From: Microcoleus sp.
GTDB taxonomy: Bacteria; Cyanobacteriota; Cyanobacteriia; Cyanobacteriales; Microcoleaceae
Length of the DNA: 64,000 nucleotides
Direction of reading: 5' to 3'
Assembly: GCA_052279835.1 (NCBI GenBank)
Contig: CP181291.1
Coordinates: 416,001-480,000 of the forward strand
Shown: positions 51,510 to 59,600 of the stretch, piece by piece
How the letters are laid out: the number at the start of each line of letters is the position of its first letter
How positions within the stretch are numbered: position 1 is the stretch's first letter
The notes under the pieces: model-generated
Seen by the model: the letters and a program-made list of their open reading frames with translations, nothing else
Told to the model about the DNA's origin: nothing
The model's database searches: none
Translations under genes and position numbers: made by a program

Positions 51510-53243
51510 ATGACTTGGCAAGACTCTTTTGAAAACTTAGGCTGGGGATTACGAAACCTTTTTGGGGGTGGCGAAACTATAATTGGCCCCAATGAACCTT
51601 TACCGCCTAATGATATTCATCTCAGAGACTTAAGAGATTACTCAGGAACAGCCACACTCAATGAGATTACTGATGTGCTTCAGTCGCCTGAGTCGAATTC
51701 TCACGATCGCAGAATTCTTAAACATCCAGATAGATTTGCCTCAGAACCAGTTTTAAACCTTGGTAAGTTTCAAAAAATTGCCGGAGGTAAAGTCCAGCCC
51801 ACCCAAGATGTTTGGCTGCAAGAAAAATCTATTTACAAAAATGTAGCCATTATTGGCCCCGCTGGTTCAGGCAAAACAGAAGGGTTAATCATTCCAGGAA
51901 TTAAAGCTGCTATTGATGCAGGTTTATCTAATATCGTGATTGATGTTAAAGGTGGCTCTCTAATTGACAAACTGGGAGACTATGCAGAGCAAAAAGGAGT
52001 AAGGGTCATCTATTGGAGTACGCTTCCTCAAGAAGTTGCCCGCAGTCACAGCATTAACTTACTCGACAATATTAACTCCATACAAGATGCTCAAATCTTA
52101 GCCAAATCTTTGTATGGAAATACTGATAACTTAGGAGAAAGTCAGCCTTTTGCTCTAAGAGATATTGGGTGGATGGCGCAGTGGATAATGCTGGTTAAGC
52201 AGATTTTTGGTGATGCTGCGAACCTCACGCATATTTACCGAATTGCAGAGAATCCTGTTGAAACTCTAACACAACTTTTACGGGTTTGTCAGGATGCTAG
52301 ATTACAAGCAGCGATTCAATCTCAATTAAGATTAATTCAAGACAGCGAAAACGGAGCGAATGCTTTTACTTGGGCAATTCAAGATGCGATTAACTTTTTT
52401 AACTGGCCAAACTTTGAGCAAGTCACAGGACACAGCGATATTTTACTGCGAGATATTCAGCGTCAGCCTACTTTATTAGTTATTGGTGCTGAGTTGGCTG
52501 GACGTGATGTTTCCAAAAAGATATCATCAGCACTAATTGACATTCTGATGACTATCTTCTATGAGCGATGGACTCAAAACGAAGAAAGTCAAGGAATTGT
52601 ATTTTGGATTGATGAGTTTCCCAGAATCCAACAACAGATAGATGTTGCTGAGTTTACCAGTGTGGCGCGTTCAGCCAGAGGAAGCATTGTTATTGCGGCT
52701 CAAAGTTTGGAGCAAATCACCCCAGAATATCGAGAGCAGGTGATGGAAAACTTCGATACAGTTGTTCTGTGTCGGGGTGTGGGTAATGGTGCTGCTGAGT
52801 GGTTGACTAGCCGTTTAGGAAATCGCAACCAAAATTTGAGAAGACGCCGGCATCACGAACCTAATCCAGAAGACGAAGTTCCTTGGTTGCGGACTCGTTT
52901 CGATCGAGAAAGATATGAAAATTGGCGTGAATCTGCTCCTGTACTTGATTGCAGGGAAATTCAGTATCCTGTTGGCAATCAATATGTCGCTGTCGTTCAT
53001 TCCAGAACAGCTTGTCGCAAACCTTTTTTAGTTGATTATGAGAGAGTTATAGAGCCTGAGACTGTCTGGCAACCCTCTGTCATCCCAAGAGCAAGATGGC
53101 ATCGTGTCAACCAGGAAACAAACTCTAATCCTGCATTAAGCGAACACAGGCCTGTTTGGCATAACAGAAGACAGCAACAACCCAATTCTGTGGATTCAAC
53201 CAGCTCAGAGTTAAATCAACCTCGAATTAGATGGAGAAGATAA
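51510..53243 (+). CDS. VirD4/TraD/TrwB-like coupling-protein ATPase
   Basis: IIGPAGSGKT, IDVKG, SINLL, WIDEFP (Walker B), ARS, AAQS..QI, N......R, A.WL...LG. Confidence 0.85.
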   Translation: MTWQDSFENLGWGLRNLFGGGETIIGPNEPLPPNDIHLRDLRDYSGTATLNEITDVLQSPESNSHDRRILKHPDRFASEPVLNLGKFQKIAGGKVQPTQDVWLQEKSIYKNVAIIGPAGSGKTEGLIIPGIKAAIDAGLSNIVIDVKGGSLIDKLGDYAEQKGVRVIYWSTLPQEVARSHSINLLDNINSIQDAQILAKSLYGNTDNLGESQPFALRDIGWMAQWIMLVKQIFGDAANLTHIYRIAENPVETLTQLLRVCQDARLQAAIQSQLRLIQDSENGANAFTWAIQDAINFFNWPNFEQVTGHSDILLRDIQRQPTLLVIGAELAGRDVSKKISSALIDILMTIFYERWTQNEESQGIVFWIDEFPRIQQQIDVAEFTSVARSARGSIVIAAQSLEQITPEYREQVMENFDTVVLCRGVGNGAAEWLTSRLGNRNQNLRRRRHHEPNPEDEVPWLRTRFDRERYENWRESAPVLDCREIQYPVGNQYVAVVHSRTACRKPFLVDYERVIEPETVWQPSVIPRARWHRVNQETNSNPALSEHRPVWHNRRQQQPNSVDSTSSELNQPRIRWRR

Positions 53244-53247
53244 TTTT

Positions 53248-53898
53248 ATGGTAGCAAGATTGGGGCCAGCAAATAAAGAAAAAGGTAGTTTTTTTGAACT
53301 CCTTGTAGAAGATTTACTCTGGCAAGCAGGCGTTGATATTTCCGATCGCTCAGAACGTCGTTACACCGAAGAGTTTGATAAAGATACGGAAATAGATCGT
53401 CTTATTTCCGATAGAGAAGGATGGGAATTTGCTATTTTAGAAATTAAATCTGGTCAGTTTAACGATCCGAATCAAGCGAAAAGGCTAGTTAGTTTAGCAA
53501 GCCAGGAAGGTATTAAACTTATTTTTGCAACGCCTGACGGGACAACGGCTAAGTTTAGCAATTCAGTCCTAACTGAGTTAAATAATTCACAAGTCTTTAT
53601 TATCGATCCTAATCAGATAAACGAGGCAAATCAAGTAATTACGAAAGGTGTTAATTATGGTCTTCCGCCTGGTTTATTAGAGCGAGCTAATTCATCTTTA
53701 ACAACAGACTCACCTGAATCGCCAAAAGTCAAGTGGGCAAAGCAAAATACTCAGTTAGAAACAACTGAAAATACAGCACTTGACCGACAGCAAATAAAAT
53801 GGCGGAAACAAAACGATATTACCAACTCTCAGCCTATGACTACAGAAAATAGTCCGGTGAACACCACCAAGAGAGCTACACGAAGAATGACGAGATAA
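53248..53898 (+). CDS. PD-(D/E)XK restriction-endonuclease-like protein with disordered C-tail
   Basis: KG.FFE.LV..LL, EID, ILEIKSG, Q..RL motif order. Confidence 0.7.
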   Translation: MVARLGPANKEKGSFFELLVEDLLWQAGVDISDRSERRYTEEFDKDTEIDRLISDREGWEFAILEIKSGQFNDPNQAKRLVSLASQEGIKLIFATPDGTTAKFSNSVLTELNNSQVFIIDPNQINEANQVITKGVNYGLPPGLLERANSSLTTDSPESPKVKWAKQNTQLETTENTALDRQQIKWRKQNDITNSQPMTTENSPVNTTKRATRRMTR

Positions 53899-53935
53899 TT
53901 TTATTGTTCTACTTACTTTTATCAAAGGTTTTGCT

Positions 53936-55603
53936 ATGGAAACATTTAATGCTGATAATACAAATTGTGCTGCGGATCTACAAGGATTCCAACCGGGTGA
54001 GGAAGGGATGAAGTGTACTAGCTGCGGTGCAATTTCGAGATTAGCATCTTGGCAGGAATATAGGTATTGCCGAGGTTGCATTACTGGACGTAACGCGGTT
54101 CCTGTAGTCGCTGTATCTTCTAGTGGTAGAACATCTCCTCGTCGGATGGGTACAAGGTTGAATCCTCCAAGTGGAGTCAGATTTGGCAGTAGGACAACAG
54201 TAAATAGAGGGGAAAATACAAGCTATGATACTCCTGTCAATCAGCGTAATGAAAGCCAAAGAATAGGGATAAGCTCTTCCGCTAGCAGCGCTGGTACTCC
54301 TACCAGAAATTCCCCAAGCTCAAGATTAAATCATAGTTCAACTAATAATGAAATTCCTGGATGGTTAATAGGGGCAGGATCAATTCTGATTATGTTAACC
54401 TTAAGTGCTATTGCTTTACCTTCATTTTTAAATCAGGCAAACAAAGCCAAACAATCTGAAGCCCAACAATATGTAGCATCAATGAACAAAGGGCAACAAG
54501 CTCTATTTGCAGAAAAGACTTCTTTTGCAAGTAAAATTCCTGATTTAGGTCTTGGAATAAAATCGGAAACAGAGAATTATAAATATCAAATTCCTCAAAA
54601 GTCTAATAATTCAGTAGTTGTAGCTGTTGCTGAACCAAAAAAATCTGGTCTCAAAGGTTATGTTGGTATTGTTGCAATTGAAAAAGATAGCACTGAAACA
54701 CTTTTGTGCCAAGAATCTCAAGCTTCTACTTCTTTCCCCGATTTATCAACAATTGTCAATCAAAAATCTCCAGGCAATAATGTTGTTCAATGCCCAGCGG
54801 GTTATGAGGCTCAAGAGGGTTCTCCTCAGTCTATAAATCTAGGTTCGTCACCTAACTCAAGTCCTAAAGAAGAAGTGCGATCGCAAATTCCTTCACCTAC
54901 ACCGTCAGTTTTAGAGGAACGAGTAAACTTTGATAAAGGTAGTACACAAAAAACAATTAGTAGCAGTCTAGTAACAAATCAAACAAAGCGCTACTTGCTC
55001 TACTGTGGCAGCGGACAGCCCATGACTGTGCAAATCAAGCAGGGAGATGTTAATGTGGCAATTATTGCTCCTAACGGTCAAACAATTGGTAATGCTGTGA
55101 AGGCCGGAACCCAATGGCAAGGTCAACTGCCAAGTGATGGAGATTATATTATTGAAGTTTCTGCGCCGAATCAGTCAGACTACACACTTAATATTGAAGT
55201 ATTACCTTCCAAAAATACTCCGGCGAGTTCGACACCTGCAACAAATACTCCGGTGAGTTCGACACCTGAACAAACTCTCAATAATTATTATGAACTAACA
55301 GTCAAAGATAATAAGGCAGCCGGGAAAAAATTTACAACTGATAATTTCAGGAAAAAATACAGTTCAACAGATGCAGATAATCAAAAAACATTTGTTAGCA
55401 AATTTAATTCAATCGAAGTTATTGACACGAAGACTATGGACAAATCGCCGACTAGAGCGATAATAAGAGCTTGGTTGCGTTATTCTTTTAAAGATGCTAG
55501 AGAACAACAAGCGTGTGAATACAGAGATTTTACTCTTGTACTCAATAATAATAATTTTTTAATAGATGAGAGTGGCGAACCAACTCAAGAATCATGTCCT
55601 TAA
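53936..55603 (+). CDS. Membrane protein: RING-like Cys cluster, TM, type IV pilin-like G/H domain, further extracellular domains
   Basis: C..D...F.PGE....C..C......W.E...C..C; LSAIALPSFLNQANKAKQSEA.QYV..MNK.QQA...EK; ERV.F..G...RYLL....GQ.M.V; PEQ...NYY. Confidence 0.8.
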   Translation: METFNADNTNCAADLQGFQPGEEGMKCTSCGAISRLASWQEYRYCRGCITGRNAVPVVAVSSSGRTSPRRMGTRLNPPSGVRFGSRTTVNRGENTSYDTPVNQRNESQRIGISSSASSAGTPTRNSPSSRLNHSSTNNEIPGWLIGAGSILIMLTLSAIALPSFLNQANKAKQSEAQQYVASMNKGQQALFAEKTSFASKIPDLGLGIKSETENYKYQIPQKSNNSVVVAVAEPKKSGLKGYVGIVAIEKDSTETLLCQESQASTSFPDLSTIVNQKSPGNNVVQCPAGYEAQEGSPQSINLGSSPNSSPKEEVRSQIPSPTPSVLEERVNFDKGSTQKTISSSLVTNQTKRYLLYCGSGQPMTVQIKQGDVNVAIIAPNGQTIGNAVKAGTQWQGQLPSDGDYIIEVSAPNQSDYTLNIEVLPSKNTPASSTPATNTPVSSTPEQTLNNYYELTVKDNKAAGKKFTTDNFRKKYSSTDADNQKTFVSKFNSIEVIDTKTMDKSPTRAIIRAWLRYSFKDAREQQACEYRDFTLVLNNNNFLIDESGEPTQESCP

Positions 55604-55683
55604 AAATCGTTCATGTTTTATGTATTCATGGAAGCGATCGCCCTTCCTCCCCTTAAGCGCGATCGCCCTTAATGTCACTTCCC

Positions 55684-56052
55684 TTAATTACAGAACAAAC
55701 TCGGCTCTACATGAAAAAAACTCCCCAGAATCAATGCCAACTCTTTACCAATATCCCGATCGCCATTAACGACTTCAGACACTCTTTTTTCAGATCCCAT
55801 AACGGGCACCAAATCCGCAGGTTGTAACTCTCTTTGTTCCATCAAAAACAGGAGTATTGAAGGAGGCGTAGCTGTGGCTGCTGGTGCGTAGTATTCTTGC
55901 TCAAATTTTTCAATCAATCCAATCAGTAATTCATATAACTCATTTTCTTCAAAAGTGCGATCGCGCTGCATCAACTCTTCCACCCTAGCCAGAGCTTTCT
56001 CATTATCGGCTTCATTTCTAATTATTTTCAGCATGAGTTTCGCTGTATTCAC
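55684..56052 (-). CDS. HigA-like HTH antitoxin, orphan
   Basis: I..EA.NE.AL..VE.LM, LL..LIE.FE...Y, P..IL.FLMEQ..L...DL....GS...VSE..NG.R, FF.V.P.LF. Confidence 0.82.
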   Translation of the reverse strand: MNTAKLMLKIIRNEADNEKALARVEELMQRDRTFEENELYELLIGLIEKFEQEYYAPAATATPPSILLFLMEQRELQPADLVPVMGSEKRVSEVVNGDRDIGKELALILGSFFHVEPSLFCN

Positions 56053-56208
56053 GCACCCGTCGGTAGCTGATTATGTGCATCTACTATAGGCAATTTAAAC
56101 TGAATTTCATTTTAGCTCAACCAATTTTTTTCGTCAAGTGCGATCGCCCTTAATCTCCAAAAGTACGATCGCCCTTATTGTAACAACACAAAAAATAAAA
56201 CTACCGGC

Positions 56209-56661
56209 TCAAATATATCGCTTTAAAATTTGTTTCACACAACCGTACATCTCACTTGTCAACCCGTCTAGTTCATGCTCAATATCTTCCCAACGCCCCA
56301 ACTTACTCGTCCACTTGCCATTCGGTAATTGTCTAGCCGCGTGCGTTGGTTCCCCGTCAGGAGTCGCATATATGGCTATCTTCTCAAAACCAGATTCAAA
56401 GTCAGAACTTTCACAAGGTTCGTATCCCACCGTTTGATAAGCTTGAATAAAAGCAGCGATCGTTAGTTCGGCTGGCACACCATCAGGCCAATAATAGGGA
56501 CTGTTTGGTTCCAAAGGATTCCACCAACGATCGTCTTCACCAGCAGCCCAAGCAAAACAATTGTAAGCGCGTGTTGCTGGGCTAGTGATGCGATACCCCG
56601 TAGCAGCTAGGTGAGGAAATTCATCTTCTTTATACTGTTCCAGCTTGCCATCTATAGCCAT
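56209..56661 (-). CDS. Hypothetical protein with papain/NlpC-like Cys-His motifs
   Basis: YNCFAWAAG, EKIAIY, PTHAARQ, WTSKLG..EDIEH. Confidence 0.65.
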   Translation of the reverse strand: MAIDGKLEQYKEDEFPHLAATGYRITSPATRAYNCFAWAAGEDDRWWNPLEPNSPYYWPDGVPAELTIAAFIQAYQTVGYEPCESSDFESGFEKIAIYATPDGEPTHAARQLPNGKWTSKLGRWEDIEHELDGLTSEMYGCVKQILKRYI

Positions 56662-57001
56662 TTTCTCTCCCCCACTCTATCCACGCTTCTGCCATTTGTT
56701 TGAGCCGCCCGCGCTGTTGAGATTTAACAGGATTAGCACCTGTAATCGCTTGCAAAGCCCAAAACCAATGATCCGGTTCTTGCTCTAATTCTCGCAGAAT
56801 TAGGGGAACAACAGCTTGACCCATACCGATAATTCTTTGGTATGCTGGGTGCATTGACATTTTTGTAACTAAAGAGATCATACCTGTCTCGCGCCGCCAT
56901 TGTTCCGCCAGCTCTAAAAAAGTTTCTTCTATCTCTGCTGTCTCCCAAATCGGGTATGAGAAAGTAGCATTTAGCCCAGAAATTTGGTAGGTTCTTTCCA
57001 T
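56630..57001 (-). CDS. Hypothetical protein, overlapping partner of 56209-56661
   Basis: F.ELA.QW..ET, MHPAYQ.IIGMG...VPLIL.EL, HWFWAL.AITG.NP. Confidence 0.75.
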   Translation of the reverse strand: MERTYQISGLNATFSYPIWETAEIEETFLELAEQWRRETGMISLVTKMSMHPAYQRIIGMGQAVVPLILRELEQEPDHWFWALQAITGANPVKSQQRGRLKQMAEAWIEWGRENGYRWQAGTV

Positions 57002-57061
57002 CAGGTTCTCGCCTCGCAGGTTCCTGAAAATATTATTTTTAGATTATACCATAGAGGAGCG

Positions 57062-57616
57062 ATGAAGATGAATAATTATAGCAATTTTACAATCCACCTA
57101 GAAGAACCTAATGGCGAAAAATATGCCGCTCCACCAGAGGACTCATTAGGAGAACTTTCACATTTTGAATTAGGGCTGAAACTATTTTGCTTTGAATGCG
57201 ATCGCCCTGTATCAATAGAAATCGGTGAACAACAAGTAAAAGTTTTTTTAGACCCCGATATCTGTATGCTCCTAGAAGATGAACTTCCCAAAAAAGTTAG
57301 TGAGTTATCCCAAGGGAAACCCATCAAAATAGAATTTGTTGAAAGTGTTTGTCTTACTCTTGAATTGCAGCCCTTAACCAACGATAAAATTAGCTGTAAT
57401 TTCAAAGAATTTGGATATTTATCTCCAAACCAGTTTACCCTAAAATCCAGAAATCAACACTTTGAACTGAATAAAACTCAAGTTATAACTGAGTTAAAGG
57501 GATTTGTCGAACCACTCATGGAAATGGCTGTAAATGGCGGCTATATCACCCCGGTCGAAAAGCAAGAATTCCTGATGCCACTCCGCGAAATTGCGCCTGC
57601 TTCGGCTATTTGTTAG
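57062..57616 (+). CDS. Hypothetical protein
   Basis: AGAGGAG RBS; ~184 aa with protein-like composition. Confidence 0.6.
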   Translation: MKMNNYSNFTIHLEEPNGEKYAAPPEDSLGELSHFELGLKLFCFECDRPVSIEIGEQQVKVFLDPDICMLLEDELPKKVSELSQGKPIKIEFVESVCLTLELQPLTNDKISCNFKEFGYLSPNQFTLKSRNQHFELNKTQVITELKGFVEPLMEMAVNGGYITPVEKQEFLMPLREIAPASAIC

Positions 57617-57651
57617 TTAAGTGCGATCGCCCTTATTTTACCCCTGCGTTT

Positions 57652-58215
57652 CTATTCCCACAACCAGCCAAACAATTCACCGACAGAAAGGGTAAGTTCC
57701 CTGGCAAATTCGGGAACTAAAATCAGTTGTTCTGGTTCGTCAAATGCGACGGGAGGGTGTTGCGCTCGAAATACAAAAACCGTCTGTTCTTTGGGGTCAA
57801 TTAACCACCCCATTTCTGTTGCGTGTTTCAAGCAATGCAATATCTTTTTGATGAGTTTAGTTTGACTTTGATCTGGAGATAAAATTTCAATTATCCAATC
57901 CGGTGCGAGTTCAAACCGATTTGCTACACCACCATTTTCTTGACGCGGAATTCTCTCCCACACAAATACAGAAACATCGGGAACGATCGATCGACCTCCA
58001 AAGGTACAACGCAACTCTGGAAAAGCCCGTGCAATCTTATTGGGCTTCAGGGTTGCGTTAGCAGTTGTCACCATTTCACCTTGAATTGCGCTGTGTTCTC
58101 CTTGTGGCATAGGCTTTTGAATAATTTGACCTTCGATGTACTCGCTAGCCGGTTTCGTTTCAGGTTTCACGAGAAACTCGTTTAGGGTTAAGGATTTAGA
58201 TGGAGTTTGTACCAT
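57652..58215 (-). CDS. Uma2 family endonuclease
   Basis: PETKPASEYI.G.I.QKPMPQG.HS, ELRCTFGGRS.VPD, PDW.IEILSP.QS. Confidence 0.92.
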   Translation of the reverse strand: MVQTPSKSLTLNEFLVKPETKPASEYIEGQIIQKPMPQGEHSAIQGEMVTTANATLKPNKIARAFPELRCTFGGRSIVPDVSVFVWERIPRQENGGVANRFELAPDWIIEILSPDQSQTKLIKKILHCLKHATEMGWLIDPKEQTVFVFRAQHPPVAFDEPEQLILVPEFARELTLSVGELFGWLWE

Positions 58216-58482
58216 GTTGGATTCCCAAACGCGGATGTCTTTTATCTTAATTTTAGCGGGGGTGGTATCGCAATAGGTAAAGAGTTTTATCAGAGCATCG
58301 AAAATTATAGATTTTTATGCAATCTTATGGTAATAGGTGACAAAAATCAGCCGTGTTGAAGCTATAGATAACCCGATCGCCCTTAATCTCCAAAAGTGCG
58401 ATCGCCCTTGATGTCTAAAAGTGCGATCGCCCTTAATCTCCCGTCATTTCCCGTGCTAATAACTTCTGTAACAACGGCACTA

Positions 58483-58677
58483 ATATCAATTTTTTATGAA
58501 GCCCCGTAGAATCTGATCCCCCCTAGCCCCCCTTAATAAGGGGGGGACAAGATGCTTCTCTTTCGTCCCCCTTCCCCCATCCCCCCTTGGGGGGGGCAGG
58601 GGGGGGTGGGGGGGCTAGGGGGGGGTGGGGATGCGAGGGGGATCGAGATCTGTGCAACGACCCATTAAATTGGTATA
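58483..58677. mobile_element. MITE-like element with nested C/G-rich hairpin
   Basis: Copy of 29842-29989 with an insert at ~58560-58630. Confidence 0.65.
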
Positions 58678-58693
58678 AAGGAGGTAAATGATT

Positions 58694-58984
58694 TTAAATC
58701 GTATTCCAGACTAATCTGTGATTTACTTGAAAATATTCGTGAGCCATCACATTTCTCATATCACCCATCAAACGCCAAGGAATCTGCGGATAACGAGACT
58801 TAATTCCATCATTGACATTAACAGAAGCTTCACCAATAATAATCAAGTTATAAAGAATCCCTTGCAAGATAATTTTTTCAATTTTCCGGAAATCTTCAAA
58901 ACTCATCCCAGCAGTAGAAGCCTGAATGTCAGCGATCGCATTCACAATATCCTCAACTCGCAGCCACCACTCTCTAGAAGGCAC
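58694..58984 (-). pseudogene. HepT/DUF86 HEPN ribonuclease, C-terminally truncated
   Basis: IIGEA, P.IPW....MRN..AH.YF (Rx4H); stops at VWNTI* while the frame continues NHLPL into the MITE. Confidence 0.75.
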
Positions 58985-59264
58985 GAATCGCCTCCTTGAG
59001 TACAGGTTCCCGCAAATGTTCCCTCAAAGCATCCTCCGTTCCTAAATCTACAGCACACCCTAGTATATCTTCTAAATAGTGCTGCACCCGAAACAAGTCA
59101 AATAAACTTGCTTCTATCGAAAAATCTACTAAAAAGTCTACATCACTATCTGATCGCGCTTCATCCCGCGCCACCGAACCAAACAAATCTAAAGACTTTA
59201 CCCCCAAGGCTTTTAATCTTTCCTGGTTTGCTGCTAAAATTGCCAGTACATCTGCTCGTTTCAT
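58974..59264 (-). CDS. MntA-like minimal nucleotidyltransferase antitoxin
   Basis: LFGSVARDEA..DSDVD.LV, LE..LG..VDL. Confidence 0.9.
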   Translation of the reverse strand: MKRADVLAILAANQERLKALGVKSLDLFGSVARDEARSDSDVDFLVDFSIEASLFDLFRVQHYLEDILGCAVDLGTEDALREHLREPVLKEAIRAF

Positions 59265-59288
59265 AATTAGTTCTCCCGACCCTTTCGC

Positions 59289-59414
59289 TATGGAATACGT
59301 CCTCAAAAAGAATGCTGAACTTTACCAAAAGCTCGCATAATACGCTATCTCACTTTAACAGAAGTCTTAGAACTTTATCAGCAGATTAGTAAACTTTTAC
59401 TCGGAATGATTTAA
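59289..59414 (+). pseudogene. Remnant of an antitoxin / Doc(Fic) junction
   Basis: MEYVLKKNAELYQKLA* followed immediately by IRYLTLTEVLELYQQI. Confidence 0.5.
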
Positions 59415-59600
59415 CCGCAGAGGACACAGAGAACGCAGAGTAAGAGAAGAGAGATGGCAATAATTCTGATGATACCGAATTTGGTATAATATCGATTTTC
59501 TAGGTGTATCGGTATTGTATGATGTTAAATGTTATAGGGGCGGGTTTACTAAGAATAATTGCCAAGAATCTACAATCTCCTAAACCCGCCCCCGCCTATA

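Noticed and set aside
48505..55603. Operon as CBASS/Pycsar or as a conjugative element
   Set aside because: No CD-NTase or cyclase, and no relaxase, VirB or integrase genes in the window.
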